Source: an uncultured Holophaga sp.
GTDB taxonomy: Bacteria; Acidobacteriota; Holophagae; Holophagales; Holophagaceae
Assembly: GCA_963664825.1 (NCBI GenBank)
Contig: OY761614.1
Coordinates: 1 to 64,000, forward strand
Reading direction: 5' to 3'
Length of the DNA: 64,000 nt
Program-made: the position numbers and the translations under genes
The notes under the pieces: model-generated
Databases searched by the model: none
What the model was told of the DNA's origin: nothing
What the model saw: only the letters and a program-made list of their open reading frames with translations
Part shown: positions 52,016-62,146 of the stretch, one piece after another
Layout: each line of letters begins with the position of its first letter
Position numbering within the stretch: position 1 is the stretch's first letter

Positions 52016-54127
52016 TCAGTCGACCTGCTTGAGCTCGATGCCCTTGAAGTAGTGCTGGATGATCTGATCGTAGTTCCAGCCTTCCAGGGCGAAACCGTAG
52101 GCGCCGGTCTGATCCATGCCCACGCCATGCCCCCAGCCGCGCCCGTAGAAGGTCCAATGCCGCAGGGGCTTCGTGCCGGTCTGGATGAACCCGAAGACAT
52201 TATCCTTGAGGCCCAGCAGGCTGCGAATGCGCATGCCCGTGAAGCGGAAGGCCTTGCCCCGCCCATCCCGCACCGTGAGCTCCAGCACCCGGCCCTGGTC
52301 GTTCCGTTTGACTTCCAGGCTCCCCAGGGAATGGAGACCGACCTTCTGCTGAAGGCGATCCAGGAGATCGGCTTCCTTCAGCTCCTGCTTCCAGTGGGCG
52401 GTGGGGTTGTAGCGGTCCAGGCTCGCCCCATCGGGGTCCAGGCGCCGCAGCAAGAGCCGAGAAGGGCCATGCTTGGGGACCCAGCGCACACGGTCTCCCA
52501 CCTGGATGGCGCTCTCGCCCACCAGGCGCAGGCTGCCGCCGGGGGCCTCCTCCACCAGCAGGAGGGAGGGAGCCAGGGCCAAGGGTCCGGGACCGCCCCC
52601 CTTCACGCGCACCTGGCCATCCCGCAGCAGGGTGCCCTCCGCCAGTTCGAAGGGCTCCAGCTCCTGCCAGAGCCTGCCGAGCACGTGCAGCCCCTGGCCC
52701 AAGGTGAGGGTTTGGGCCTTCCACGCGTTGGGAGGCACCAGGCCACGTCGGGCCAGGAAGCCCGCCAGGAGCAGATCCCGGGGTTTCAGGTCCAAGCCCG
52801 GCAGGAAGTAGGCCGCGTCCTGGGGCCGTTCCTGGCCCTGGACCACGGATTCGAAATCCAGGCTGCGCGCCATCCAGAGCAGGATCTCCGGCCCCTGGGC
52901 CACACCTGCCTCGGGTTCCGACAGGGAGAGCCGCGCCGCGAGCGCCTCCACGATGCCCTTGATTTCGACCATCCTCAGGGGCCTCCCCAGCCGCTCCCCA
53001 TCCAGCAGTTCGGGCGGAATGAGGCCCTCGGCGGCGAAGCGGAGCATATCCAGGCTGAGCCAGCCCTGGTCCCCCTTGGGCGCGGCGCTGCCCCTGAAGG
53101 CAAGCGTGGTGGCCTTTTCGAGGTAGTTGCTGGCGGGCTGCAGGTAGGGCGTGGCACCTCCGCCGAAGACGAAGCGGTTATCCACCGTGGCGCCGCCGCT
53201 ATTGGCCATGAAGAGGGCCTGGATGGGTTTGCCGCCATAGGTGGCCACCAGCCCCTTGGTCTCCTCCACGGCGCGATCCGTGAGGCTCTGTTCGGCATCC
53301 CGGCCACCGTAGACCTGGTCGGCCACCGTATCGACGAGGTCGAGGCCCTCCTTGGCGCGCTTGCCCCGATTGGCCACCGCGTAGGTGCGGGCGGCCACGG
53401 CCTGGGCCTTCAGGGCCTCCAGGTTGGGGAATTCCCAGGCGCCCATCTCCTTGGGCACCACGCCCCTCAGGTAGGTCTCCAGTTCCACGGCGTTCATCAC
53501 CGTGAGCCGCCCTTGAGCATTGGGGAATATCTCGATCCGCCCCCGGTAGCGCCCCTTCCCGAGGACCGTGGTCAGTTCGCCCAGGGGCCTGAAGGAGACG
53601 CCCTCCAGGGGCAGGGCCTGACGCTCGAAGCGTTCCGTGATCGCATAGAGGGCCCGACCCTGGCGGGCTTCGCCGACCCGCTTCTCCGTGGAGACCCACA
53701 GTTCCTGAAGCCCGCTGGAAGCGAGCCTCTGGAGCAGGGCTTCGGCCTGGATGGCCTTGGCGAAATGCCCCGTGAGGACCCTCCAGGTGCCGCCATCGGA
53801 AACCGCCACCCGTTCGGGCACCTCGCCCAAATCCCGCAGGCGCTTCATGAGAGCCTCGGCCTCGTCGAGGGCCAGGGGGCCTCCCACCTGGAGCCGCAAT
53901 TCGTCGGTGGGATCGGCCTCCCCCCGGCTATCCCACCAGATCCGCAGTTTCTCCCCCGGGGCCAGCTTCATGAGCGGCTGCCCGCCCCGTGTGCAGACCT
54001 CGCCCCCCCCTTCCAGGCTCACGATCCATTCCAGGCCCTGGGTATCGAGGCCCACCCGGAGGGGAATCTCCGCCCCCAGGGGGGCCGCGAGCAGAAAGAC
54101 GGGAAGGAGCCGGAGCATGCCATTCAT
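52016..54127 (-). CDS. SpoIID/LytB-domain protein with SPOR-like region
   Basis: YLRGVVPKEM, ALKAQAVAARTY, GWGHGVGMDQ. Confidence 0.9.
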   Translation of the reverse strand: MNGMLRLLPVFLLAAPLGAEIPLRVGLDTQGLEWIVSLEGGGEVCTRGGQPLMKLAPGEKLRIWWDSRGEADPTDELRLQVGGPLALDEAEALMKRLRDLGEVPERVAVSDGGTWRVLTGHFAKAIQAEALLQRLASSGLQELWVSTEKRVGEARQGRALYAITERFERQALPLEGVSFRPLGELTTVLGKGRYRGRIEIFPNAQGRLTVMNAVELETYLRGVVPKEMGAWEFPNLEALKAQAVAARTYAVANRGKRAKEGLDLVDTVADQVYGGRDAEQSLTDRAVEETKGLVATYGGKPIQALFMANSGGATVDNRFVFGGGATPYLQPASNYLEKATTLAFRGSAAPKGDQGWLSLDMLRFAAEGLIPPELLDGERLGRPLRMVEIKGIVEALAARLSLSEPEAGVAQGPEILLWMARSLDFESVVQGQERPQDAAYFLPGLDLKPRDLLLAGFLARRGLVPPNAWKAQTLTLGQGLHVLGRLWQELEPFELAEGTLLRDGQVRVKGGGPGPLALAPSLLLVEEAPGGSLRLVGESAIQVGDRVRWVPKHGPSRLLLRRLDPDGASLDRYNPTAHWKQELKEADLLDRLQQKVGLHSLGSLEVKRNDQGRVLELTVRDGRGKAFRFTGMRIRSLLGLKDNVFGFIQTGTKPLRHWTFYGRGWGHGVGMDQTGAYGFALEGWNYDQIIQHYFKGIELKQVD

Positions 54128-54215
54128 GCTCTCAGATTAGCAACCCAGGCCTCCCCTTGCGTCGTTCCCGGAACCCGCGACAGATCCTCCTCGACCCGGG
54201 TAGCCTTTCCTGACC

Positions 54216-57200
54216 ATGGCACTCCCTACGCAAGACCCCATCCCCCAGTGTTCTCCCGAGGCCCGCCAGCGGCTCCTCGGGGAATGGAGCGGTCCGGCCT
54301 GGGATCCAGGCCTGGTGAGGGACGAGGGACTGCACCAGCTCTTCGAAGCCACGGCCGATAGGTCCCCCCAATTGCCCGCGGTAGAGATGGGCGGCAGGAG
54401 CCTCAGCTATGGGGAACTGGAGGCCCGGGCCAACCGCATCGCCCATCTGCTGGGCGCCCGAGGGGCCTGCCGGGGCAGCCACGTGGCCCTGTTCCTGCCC
54501 CGCTCCCTGGATGTCTATGCGACCCTGCTGGGCATCCTCAAATGCGGCGCCGCCTACGTGCCCCTGGACCCCGAATACCCCAGGGAACGCGTCTCCCAGA
54601 TCCTCCAGGATTCCGGCGCCCGGATCCTGGTGAGCGTTTCGGGCCTAGCCGCCCGCCTGGGGCCTGGGACCTATGCGACGGTCCTGCTGGACCAGGAGGG
54701 CCCGGCCCTGGAGGCCCAGTCCTCCTCCCGCATTCCCCGGAGCCAGACGGGGGTGGGCCCGGAGGATCCCTGCTACGCCATCTTCACCAGCGGCTCCACC
54801 GGCCGTCCCAAGGGCGTCAGCGTGCCCCACAGGGCGGCCTGCAATCTGGTGCGGACCGAGGGGCAGATCTTCGGCGTGGGGCCCCAGGACCGGGTCTTCC
54901 AGGGGTTCTCCATCGCCTTCGATGCTTCGGTGGAAGAGGTGTGGCTGGCCTTCCATGCTGGAGCCACGCTGGTGGCGGGCAGCGCCGAGGATATGCGCAG
55001 CGGCCCCGAATTGCCAAGTCGCCTGAGCCGCGCGGGAATCACGGTGCTCTCCACCGTGCCCACCCTGCTCTCCACCTTCCAGGACGATATCCCGGGCCTG
55101 CGCCTGCTCATACTGGGCGGCGAGGCCTGCCCCGCCGATCTCGCCCAGCGCTGGGCCAGACCGGGTCGACGCCTGGTGAACACCTACGGCCCCACGGAGG
55201 CCACCGTCATCGCCACCTTTGCCGATCTGGAACCCGGTCGCCCTGTCACCATCGGCCGCGCCTTGCCCAATGACCGCCTCTACGTGCTCGATGAGCAGCT
55301 CCGCCTAGTGCCCCCGGGGCTCCCTGGAGAGCTCTGCCTCTCGGGAGCAGGCCTGGCGCTGGGGTACCTGGGCAGGCCCGATCTCACGGCGGAGCGCTTC
55401 AAGGCCAATCCCTTTGCCCAGGGACCCTTCACGGAGCGCCTCTACCTCACGGGCGATCTGGTGCGCTTCGACGCAAAAGGCGATCTGGAATTCCTGGGGC
55501 GCCGGGACGAACAGGTGAAGATCCGGGGATTCCGCGTGGAGCTGGGGGAGATCGAAGAAGCCCTCCGGGAGCGGCCGGAGATCCTCCTGGCCGCGGCCAC
55601 CCTCCGCCAGGACGGAGGCCCCGAGCGCCTGGTGGCCTACGTGGTGCTGAAGGAAGGCTGCGCCCTGGACGAAGATGCCCTGATGACCTGGCTCCGCACA
55701 CGGCTCCCCGTCTACATGGTGCCTGCCCTCGTGGAGCCCATCGGAGAGCTGCCCACCCTGGCCAGCGGCAAGGTGGACCGCAAGAGCCTGCCGGCCCCCA
55801 GACCCCGGGCCGCCAAGGCCCGCACGGCGGAGCTCGAACCTCGCAGCCCCTTCCAGGCCCGCATGACCGAAGGCTGGGGCCGCCTCTTCCACCGGGAGGA
55901 CCTGGATCTGGACGAGGACTTCTTCCTGGATCTGGGCGGCCACTCGCTGCTGGCGGCCCTCATGGTTTCCGACCTGCGGACCTGCAAGGACTTCGAGAGC
56001 CTCTCGGTCCCCGATGTGTACGCCTTCCCCACCCTGCGGCGCCTGGCGGCTGAACTCGAGACCCGCCAGGGGCGGGAAGACCGCGAAGAAAAGAAACAAG
56101 CAGCGCCCCCGGCGCCGGTCTCGAGAAGGGGCCGCATCCTCTGCCAGCTGGGGCAGTTCGGCGGCCTCTACCCGATCCTCGGGTACTTCGGTCTCCAGTG
56201 GCTGGCGCCCTACCTGGCCTACAGCTGGATGATCGACCACGATTTCAGTCGCACGGCGGCCCTGATGGCGGCTTTCGGGGGCCTCCTCTGCCTCTACCCG
56301 GCCATGTACCTCCTCTCCATCGCCCTCAAATGGGCCCTGCTGGGGCGCGTCAAGCCCGGCGTCCACCGGGTCTGGGGCCTCTACTACTGGCGCTGGTGGC
56401 TGGTGAACCGCCTGCTTTCGGCCACGCCCACGGGCTACCTAGTGGGCACCCCCATGTACCGCCTCTATCTGCGGATGATGGGGGCAAGCATCGGCCGGGA
56501 TGCCCACTTCGCCAGCGATTGCGTGCGGGCCTTCGATCTGCTGAGGGTGGGCGAGGACACGAGCATCGGCGTGGACGCGCGCCTGGAGGGCTATTCCATC
56601 GAGGGGGGCCTCCTCCGGATCGGAGCGATCACCCTGGGAAAGCGCTGCTACGTGGGCGCCCGCTCGGTGCTGGGCCTGGATGTGTGCATGGAGGATGGTT
56701 CCTCCCTGGGGGAACTGAGCCTGCTGCCTACGGGGGCTCGCATCCCGGAGGGCCAGCGCTGGGTGGGTTCCCCCGCCAAGCCCCTGCCCTTGGGCGAAGA
56801 GGATCGCCTCCGGGCCGCCACAGAAGCCCACAAGCATTCCAGAACCCGCAAACTCCTCTTCACCCTCTGCTACGCCCTGGGGGCCTTCCTGGTGCCCGTG
56901 AGCTTCCTGGCGGCCATCCTGCCCGGGATGATGCTGCTCAACGAGCTGTGGATCAAGATCCCGGGCTATTTCGGGTATCTGTGGGCCGTGCCCCTGGCGG
57001 CGCTGTCCTACATCATCCTGCTGGCGCTCGAGATACTAGCCGCCAAGTGGCTGCTGCTGGGGCGCGTGCGGCCCGGCACCTTCGAGATCCACACCGGCTT
57101 CTATCTGCGGAAGTGGTTCATCGACCAGTTCATGGAAGTCTCCCTGGATCTGCTGGCGCCGCTCTACGCCACGCTCTATCTGAACCCCTGGTACCGAGCC

Positions 57201-58247
57201 CTGGGCGCTCGCGTCGGGCCCCGGGCCGAGATCTCCACGGCCGGCGCGGCCACCCCGGACCTGCTCAGCATCGGCGAAGAGGCCTTCATCGCCGACGCGG
57301 CCTCCCTGGGCACACCGCGCTACGACCTGGGCCGGGTGACCCTGCGGCCCACCCTCATCGGAAGGCGGGCCTTCGTCGGCAATAGCGCCATCGTCCCCAA
57401 TGGCACCGAACTGGGGGATCTGGCCCTGGTGGGCGTGCTCTCGGCGCCGCCCCTGGACCCTCTGGAAGCCCGTCGCCGGGATGCCTCCTGGCTGGGTTCC
57501 CCCGCCATCTACCTGCCCCGAAGGGCCCACGCCGGGGGCTTCAACGAAGAGGAGACCTTCCGGCCCACCAAGCGCCTGGTGGCGCTGCGGCTCTTCATCG
57601 AGTTCTTCCGGGTGCTCCTGCCCGCCACGGGCTTTGCCCTGCTCACCTGCCTCCTGCTCACGGCCATGACGGAGCTGGAGAGTTGGCTGGGGCTGGGGGC
57701 CGCCATCGCCCTCTTCCCCCTGCTTTATTTTTTGGGAGGCGTCGGGGCCTGCCTCTTCACGAGCGGGATGAAATGGCTGCTCATGGGCCGCTATCGCCCC
57801 GGGGAAAAGCCCCTCTGGTGCGGCTTCGTGTGGCGCACGGAACTCGTGACGGGCCTTCATGAGGGCCTGGCCGATCCCTGGATCCTGCGCATGTGCATGG
57901 GCACGCCCCTGGTGCCCCTCTTCTTCCGTGGGATGGGTTCGAAGATCGGCCGGGATGCCTGCATGGAGAGCACCTGCCTCACGGAATACGATCTCATCAC
58001 CCTCGGCGACGACGTGTGCCTGGGCTCGGACTGCACGCTCCAGACCCATCTCTTCGAGGACCGGGTGATGAAGATGTCCACCATCGTGCTGGGCCGGGGT
58101 TGCAGCGTGGGCACGGACGCGGTGGTGCTCTACGATACGCGGATGGAGGAGGGGGCTTCCCTGGGCGAACTCTCCCTGCTCATGAAGGGCGAGGTGCTCC
58201 CCGCGGGCAGCCACTGGGAAGGCAGCCCCGCCAGGCGGCTGGGATGA
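54216..58247 (+). CDS. Pls/PosA-family membrane-bound single-module NRPS (A-T-TM/C-terminal repeats)
   Basis: TSGSTGRPKG, NTYGPTE, YLTGD, GKVDRK; T domain LGGHSLL; three TM pairs alternating with hexapeptide-like repeats; LQTHLFEDR. Confidence 0.93.
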   Translation: MALPTQDPIPQCSPEARQRLLGEWSGPAWDPGLVRDEGLHQLFEATADRSPQLPAVEMGGRSLSYGELEARANRIAHLLGARGACRGSHVALFLPRSLDVYATLLGILKCGAAYVPLDPEYPRERVSQILQDSGARILVSVSGLAARLGPGTYATVLLDQEGPALEAQSSSRIPRSQTGVGPEDPCYAIFTSGSTGRPKGVSVPHRAACNLVRTEGQIFGVGPQDRVFQGFSIAFDASVEEVWLAFHAGATLVAGSAEDMRSGPELPSRLSRAGITVLSTVPTLLSTFQDDIPGLRLLILGGEACPADLAQRWARPGRRLVNTYGPTEATVIATFADLEPGRPVTIGRALPNDRLYVLDEQLRLVPPGLPGELCLSGAGLALGYLGRPDLTAERFKANPFAQGPFTERLYLTGDLVRFDAKGDLEFLGRRDEQVKIRGFRVELGEIEEALRERPEILLAAATLRQDGGPERLVAYVVLKEGCALDEDALMTWLRTRLPVYMVPALVEPIGELPTLASGKVDRKSLPAPRPRAAKARTAELEPRSPFQARMTEGWGRLFHREDLDLDEDFFLDLGGHSLLAALMVSDLRTCKDFESLSVPDVYAFPTLRRLAAELETRQGREDREEKKQAAPPAPVSRRGRILCQLGQFGGLYPILGYFGLQWLAPYLAYSWMIDHDFSRTAALMAAFGGLLCLYPAMYLLSIALKWALLGRVKPGVHRVWGLYYWRWWLVNRLLSATPTGYLVGTPMYRLYLRMMGASIGRDAHFASDCVRAFDLLRVGEDTSIGVDARLEGYSIEGGLLRIGAITLGKRCYVGARSVLGLDVCMEDGSSLGELSLLPTGARIPEGQRWVGSPAKPLPLGEEDRLRAATEAHKHSRTRKLLFTLCYALGAFLVPVSFLAAILPGMMLLNELWIKIPGYFGYLWAVPLAALSYIILLALEILAAKWLLLGRVRPGTFEIHTGFYLRKWFIDQFMEVSLDLLAPLYATLYLNPWYRALGARVGPRAEISTAGAATPDLLSIGEEAFIADAASLGTPRYDLGRVTLRPTLIGRRAFVGNSAIVPNGTELGDLALVGVLSAPPLDPLEARRRDASWLGSPAIYLPRRAHAGGFNEEETFRPTKRLVALRLFIEFFRVLLPATGFALLTCLLLTAMTELESWLGLGAAIALFPLLYFLGGVGACLFTSGMKWLLMGRYRPGEKPLWCGFVWRTELVTGLHEGLADPWILRMCMGTPLVPLFFRGMGSKIGRDACMESTCLTEYDLITLGDDVCLGSDCTLQTHLFEDRVMKMSTIVLGRGCSVGTDAVVLYDTRMEEGASLGELSLLMKGEVLPAGSHWEGSPARRLG

Positions 58248-58750
58248 GCCATCGCCCTGCCCTCGTCCTGGGCCCCGATTCCCAGGGCCAGGCCCTTCTG
58301 GAAGACCTGGTAGCCAGCTGCGGCCTCTCGGGGGCGATCCTGCCCGGCCATGATGCCCACGGTCGCCCGACCCTGCGGATCGCAGGGCGCCCGGTGGCCT
58401 TCAGCCGCAGCCGCGCCAGAGGCTACTGCGCCCTGGCACTCGCCCAGGAGGGTCGCGTGGGCGTGGACCTCGTGGGGCCGGTCCAGGTGCCCACGGAACT
58501 CCTGGAAATGCACTTTCTCCCTGCTGAACGGCAATGGCTCCAGGACCTCCCAGGGGAGGCGCGCCTCCGCTGCTGGGCCGCCAAGGAGGCCATGCTCAAG
58601 GCCCTGGGCCTGGGCCTGGCCTTCGGCCTGGAGGCCGTGGAACTGGAGCCGGAGGGGGTGGCGCGCATCGCCGGAGGAAGGGCCGAGGGGTGGAACCTGG
58701 AGATCTCGCAGATCGAAGGGTTTGTCCTGGCCCTGGCCTGGGCGGACTAG
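58244..58750 (+). CDS. Sfp-type 4'-phosphopantetheinyl transferase
   Basis: VGVDL, WAAKEAMLKALG; ATGA overlap with the NRPS stop. Confidence 0.9.
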   Translation: MSHRPALVLGPDSQGQALLEDLVASCGLSGAILPGHDAHGRPTLRIAGRPVAFSRSRARGYCALALAQEGRVGVDLVGPVQVPTELLEMHFLPAERQWLQDLPGEARLRCWAAKEAMLKALGLGLAFGLEAVELEPEGVARIAGGRAEGWNLEISQIEGFVLALAWAD

Positions 58751-59649
58751 AGCCCGCCCCGCAGATTGGCGTGGGTCCTCAGTTGGCCGTCCTCTTCACC
58801 CAGCAGGGCCACCAGCAGGTCCCCGTGGAGGCCCCGGATCGGGGCGCCGGGATCGGGAAAGCCCTCCAACAGCGCCACCGCCGGCGCCTGGCATTCCCCC
58901 AGGGGAATGGCCCGGCCGTGGGAGAGATGATCGGCTTCTTCGTCCGACAGGATCCGGGAGGGGCACCAGGGGATCAGGTCCCTGCCCTGGAGCAGCCGTT
59001 CCTCGCCGGGACCCGGATCCAGCCAGGGACCGATGGCCGTGCGCGTGAGCCGCTCCAGGTGGGCGCCGCAGCCCATCAGCTGCCCCAGCTCCCGGGCCAG
59101 GCTGCGCACGTAGAACCCGCCGCGGCAGGTGATGCGCAGGGTGCTGGCGCGAGGCAGATCGTGGGAGATCCAGGCCGCCTCGTGCAGGTAGACGCGACTG
59201 GGGGGCAGCACCACCTCCTCGCCGCGATGGGCCTTCTTGTAGGCGGCCTCGCCTCCGATCTTCTTGGCGCAGGTGGCCGGGGGGATCTGGTCCCGCCAGC
59301 CCAGGAAGGCCGGGAGAGCGGCGTCCAGGGCTTCCGGTGTGAGCCTGGAGGGATCGCCCTCCATGATGGACAGCCCCAGGTGGTCGCAGGTATCGGTCTC
59401 CACGCCCCAGACCAGCCTGGCCTCGTAGGTCTTGGGCAGGGGGTGCATCAGTTCCATCAGGCGGGTGGCCTGACCGGAGAGCACCAGCAGCAGCCCTTCG
59501 GCGAAGGGATCCAGGGTGCCCCCGTGGCCCAGGGCCCATTTTTTTTGGCCCGCCTCGAAGGCGAGGTGCTTGAAGCGCCGCACCACATCGAAGCTGCTCT
59601 CACCGACCTGCTTGTGGACCAGGAAGATACCGGATTCGACCATCCCCAT
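58747..59649 (-). CDS. truB: tRNA pseudouridine(55) synthase
   Basis: GHGGTLDPFAEGLL, KTY, GFYVRSLA. Confidence 0.93.
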   Translation of the reverse strand: MGMVESGIFLVHKQVGESSFDVVRRFKHLAFEAGQKKWALGHGGTLDPFAEGLLLVLSGQATRLMELMHPLPKTYEARLVWGVETDTCDHLGLSIMEGDPSRLTPEALDAALPAFLGWRDQIPPATCAKKIGGEAAYKKAHRGEEVVLPPSRVYLHEAAWISHDLPRASTLRITCRGGFYVRSLARELGQLMGCGAHLERLTRTAIGPWLDPGPGEERLLQGRDLIPWCPSRILSDEEADHLSHGRAIPLGECQAPAVALLEGFPDPGAPIRGLHGDLLVALLGEEDGQLRTHANLRGGL

Positions 59650-60647
59650 CACACCCGCGTCCCAGGCAGTGCGTCTGGGTATGGGCCGAGATATCGCTCC
59701 CCATTGAAATGGATTAGGTGTTCTGGATCATCCGCGATCCATACCTCACTCTCCCAGGCAATCTGAGATAGAAATCCCTGCATCGCTTTCCGAGTTTCAA
59801 AACAGGTCACGAAGACCAAACCCGCCACGCATCCAGCGAAAAGATCCTTCAATTCCTTCCGCCGCTTCCCATCCACGGGGCCCGCAGTCGTGACGGCCTC
59901 GATGAGCAGCAGCCAGTTCCGCCGCTGGTCATAGACCATCACATCGGGAATCTTGGCAGCCGCAGGCAGCCGAACACCCAGTTCCTTGAGGCGCTCGGTC
60001 TCAAGGTGAATGAATTTGTCCTCAGCATCCCCGAGGTAGAGGACTTCCCCACCGGGGGCAAAACGCGAACAGAAATCATGGACGATCCTTCTTATTAGCG
60101 AATTTTGGCCTCCTGGTGATAGCTGGACCCTTCCCCCACCCGGGAGGCTAACGGGGATTCGCACCAAGGATCTCCCACGCTGCATTTCCTTGAGGAGGCC
60201 TGACCGATCCTTCTGATACTCGGCCAGAAGCATCGTCCAGCTCTTGGTGCCATAGGCCTGCAGGACAGCCAGCGCCCGGGGTTCAATCTGGTAGACCGTT
60301 TTCCCGCTGTTCACCGGACGGTCCAGCTGATCGGGGTTTTTCAGAAGAAGCCCGTACTCGACGAAATATTTCACGGCTTCATCACGAATGGTTTCCCGAG
60401 TATTCGGGGCGTACCGGATTCCGTAATGTTCCGCGATGAAATTGATGATCGGCGTAATGCCCATGAGCGGAGAGGATGCTCTGCTCCATTTGTTTCGTGG
60501 ACCGAGGCCGGCAAGGGCAAGCAGCGTGTATGCGGCGACTTCATTCCTCTGTCGAGAGGGACATCCCAGCGCTTCGAGGACCTTCATGGCCTCCCGAACT
60601 CGGGTCGGTATCTCGCGCCCGCCCCGGACCTTCGCTTCATCAGTCAT
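59649..60647 (-). CDS. BsuBI/PstI-family type II restriction endonuclease
   Basis: YAPNTRETIRD, LSPGGQN, IPDV..WLLLIEAVT..GPVD..R, IAWESEVW. Confidence 0.9.
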   Translation of the reverse strand: MTDEAKVRGGREIPTRVREAMKVLEALGCPSRQRNEVAAYTLLALAGLGPRNKWSRASSPLMGITPIINFIAEHYGIRYAPNTRETIRDEAVKYFVEYGLLLKNPDQLDRPVNSGKTVYQIEPRALAVLQAYGTKSWTMLLAEYQKDRSGLLKEMQRGRSLVRIPVSLPGGGRVQLSPGGQNSLIRRIVHDFCSRFAPGGEVLYLGDAEDKFIHLETERLKELGVRLPAAAKIPDVMVYDQRRNWLLLIEAVTTAGPVDGKRRKELKDLFAGCVAGLVFVTCFETRKAMQGFLSQIAWESEVWIADDPEHLIHFNGERYLGPYPDALPGTRV

Positions 60648-62115
60648 GGAGGTGCCTTTCGAGGATCGCGTCAATCTCGGATTGTTCCATATCCAATCGC
60701 GGCATGTCTCGGCCGATCGCGTCCAACGTGCTTCGCGAGGGGTAGTTGAGCTTCCGAAGATCGGTCGCGTTCACTTGGGTATGGCCGCTGAAACTCCTGA
60801 AATAATCGTCCACCATCGTGGAATTGAGGTAGGTGTACAACCCTGCGGCCAAATCGCGATCCAGGCCGTGCCCGCCACGATGGAAATAGTTCAGATGGTT
60901 TTCGAACCCGACCAGATCACCCGGAACATCCGCTGAATCGAAGACGGACGCCACCAGACGCCTCTTTTCTTCCTTCGAGGTGAAGCGCTTGGTCAGGACA
61001 TATCTCCCCGCAGGAATCAGCCAGGAGCGGGTCGCATCATTCACGAGAATCGAATTGGGTTTCTTCCCACCCAGCCGTGGCCAGAGGATGCCTCCATCGT
61101 TGAAATGACAGGGGTATAAGAGAGGCACCGCACCGACGGCAGGATCTTGCATAATGAATTCCCGCAGCCGAAAATCGACAACCCTCCCCGTGGAAACGGT
61201 CAGGCCCAGGTGATCCAGCAGGGCAGGCAGCGATGTGACCCGACGCTTTGATTCGAGATGCCTCTCCCCCGAGGGAATGTGAATAAAACGCTGGGCATCC
61301 CCCGGGTGAAGGATCTCGGCAATGGGAATATCCGCTCCAGTCATGGCGGATTCGTCGACACCCTGACTACAGGAGACATGAACGGTCGCGCCCTGAGCCA
61401 AACCACGCACGGCGTGGAGAATGATCGTCTCTTGAAGCACTTGATCTGCCTTGAAGGTATCTGTTCGCGACTCGAAAACGTGTAGGCGTTTCAGCGCCAT
61501 ATCGTTCAAGAATTGCTGGCGGAAGGGCCGAAAGTAGGGGCCATTACAAAAACTTCTCGGCGTAATGGCCACGAGCTGGCCCCCAGGACAGAGCCGCTTC
61601 GAGATGATGGCCAGAAACCCCGTGTAGAGATTGCTCGTCTCGATTGAAAGGGCGCTCAGATCCCGCCGTTCATGTGAATGCGTGGCTATCTTCCGATAGG
61701 GCGGATTCACAATGGCCGCATGGAAGCATGGAACTTCCTCGGTAAAAAAGCCTCCGCCCAGGACTTCCCGGGATTCTTCTATGAAATCCCGAGCAATCAA
61801 TTGGAATGAAAATTGGATGCCCGCCTTCTGGCAAAGCGCTCCGCAGCTATCCAGAGTGCTCTGAAGCCTGGGCAAGACACTGGGGTCCACTTCGTAGACG
61901 ATCAGGGACAAGGCCCTGACCTGGGGATGGTGCAGACAGACCTCTCGGACCGCAGCGAGGCTGAGGGCCCCTTCCCCGGCCCCGGCATCCAGGAGTCGAA
62001 AATGCTCTGGCAAGGGATCGAACAGCGACGCCATGAACTTGGCGGTGGGAGCGGGGGTGAAGAACTGGCCCAGTAGACCGCGATTATTGCGCTCCATGCC
62101 CGGGCCCTTCGTCAT
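60640..62115 (-). CDS. N6-adenine DNA methyltransferase (BsuBI/PstI, gamma class)
   Basis: GQFFTP, LDAGAGEG, NPPY, TGRVVDFR, FENHLNY, GHTQVNATDL. Confidence 0.92.
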   Translation of the reverse strand: MTKGPGMERNNRGLLGQFFTPAPTAKFMASLFDPLPEHFRLLDAGAGEGALSLAAVREVCLHHPQVRALSLIVYEVDPSVLPRLQSTLDSCGALCQKAGIQFSFQLIARDFIEESREVLGGGFFTEEVPCFHAAIVNPPYRKIATHSHERRDLSALSIETSNLYTGFLAIISKRLCPGGQLVAITPRSFCNGPYFRPFRQQFLNDMALKRLHVFESRTDTFKADQVLQETIILHAVRGLAQGATVHVSCSQGVDESAMTGADIPIAEILHPGDAQRFIHIPSGERHLESKRRVTSLPALLDHLGLTVSTGRVVDFRLREFIMQDPAVGAVPLLYPCHFNDGGILWPRLGGKKPNSILVNDATRSWLIPAGRYVLTKRFTSKEEKRRLVASVFDSADVPGDLVGFENHLNYFHRGGHGLDRDLAAGLYTYLNSTMVDDYFRSFSGHTQVNATDLRKLNYPSRSTLDAIGRDMPRLDMEQSEIDAILERHLHD

Positions 62116-62146
62116 CCGACATCCCTCAATTCCAATTTTCGAATGG

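Noticed and set aside
51836..54361. 841-aa plus-strand ORF and other long antisense ORFs (e.g. 2058-3851, 14464-15972)
   Set aside because: Shadow frames of real genes, expected at high GC; no recognisable motifs
59638..62130. Direct repeats bounding the R-M cassette
   Set aside because: Only short imperfect similarity (GACCATCCC vs GACATCCC), plausible by chance
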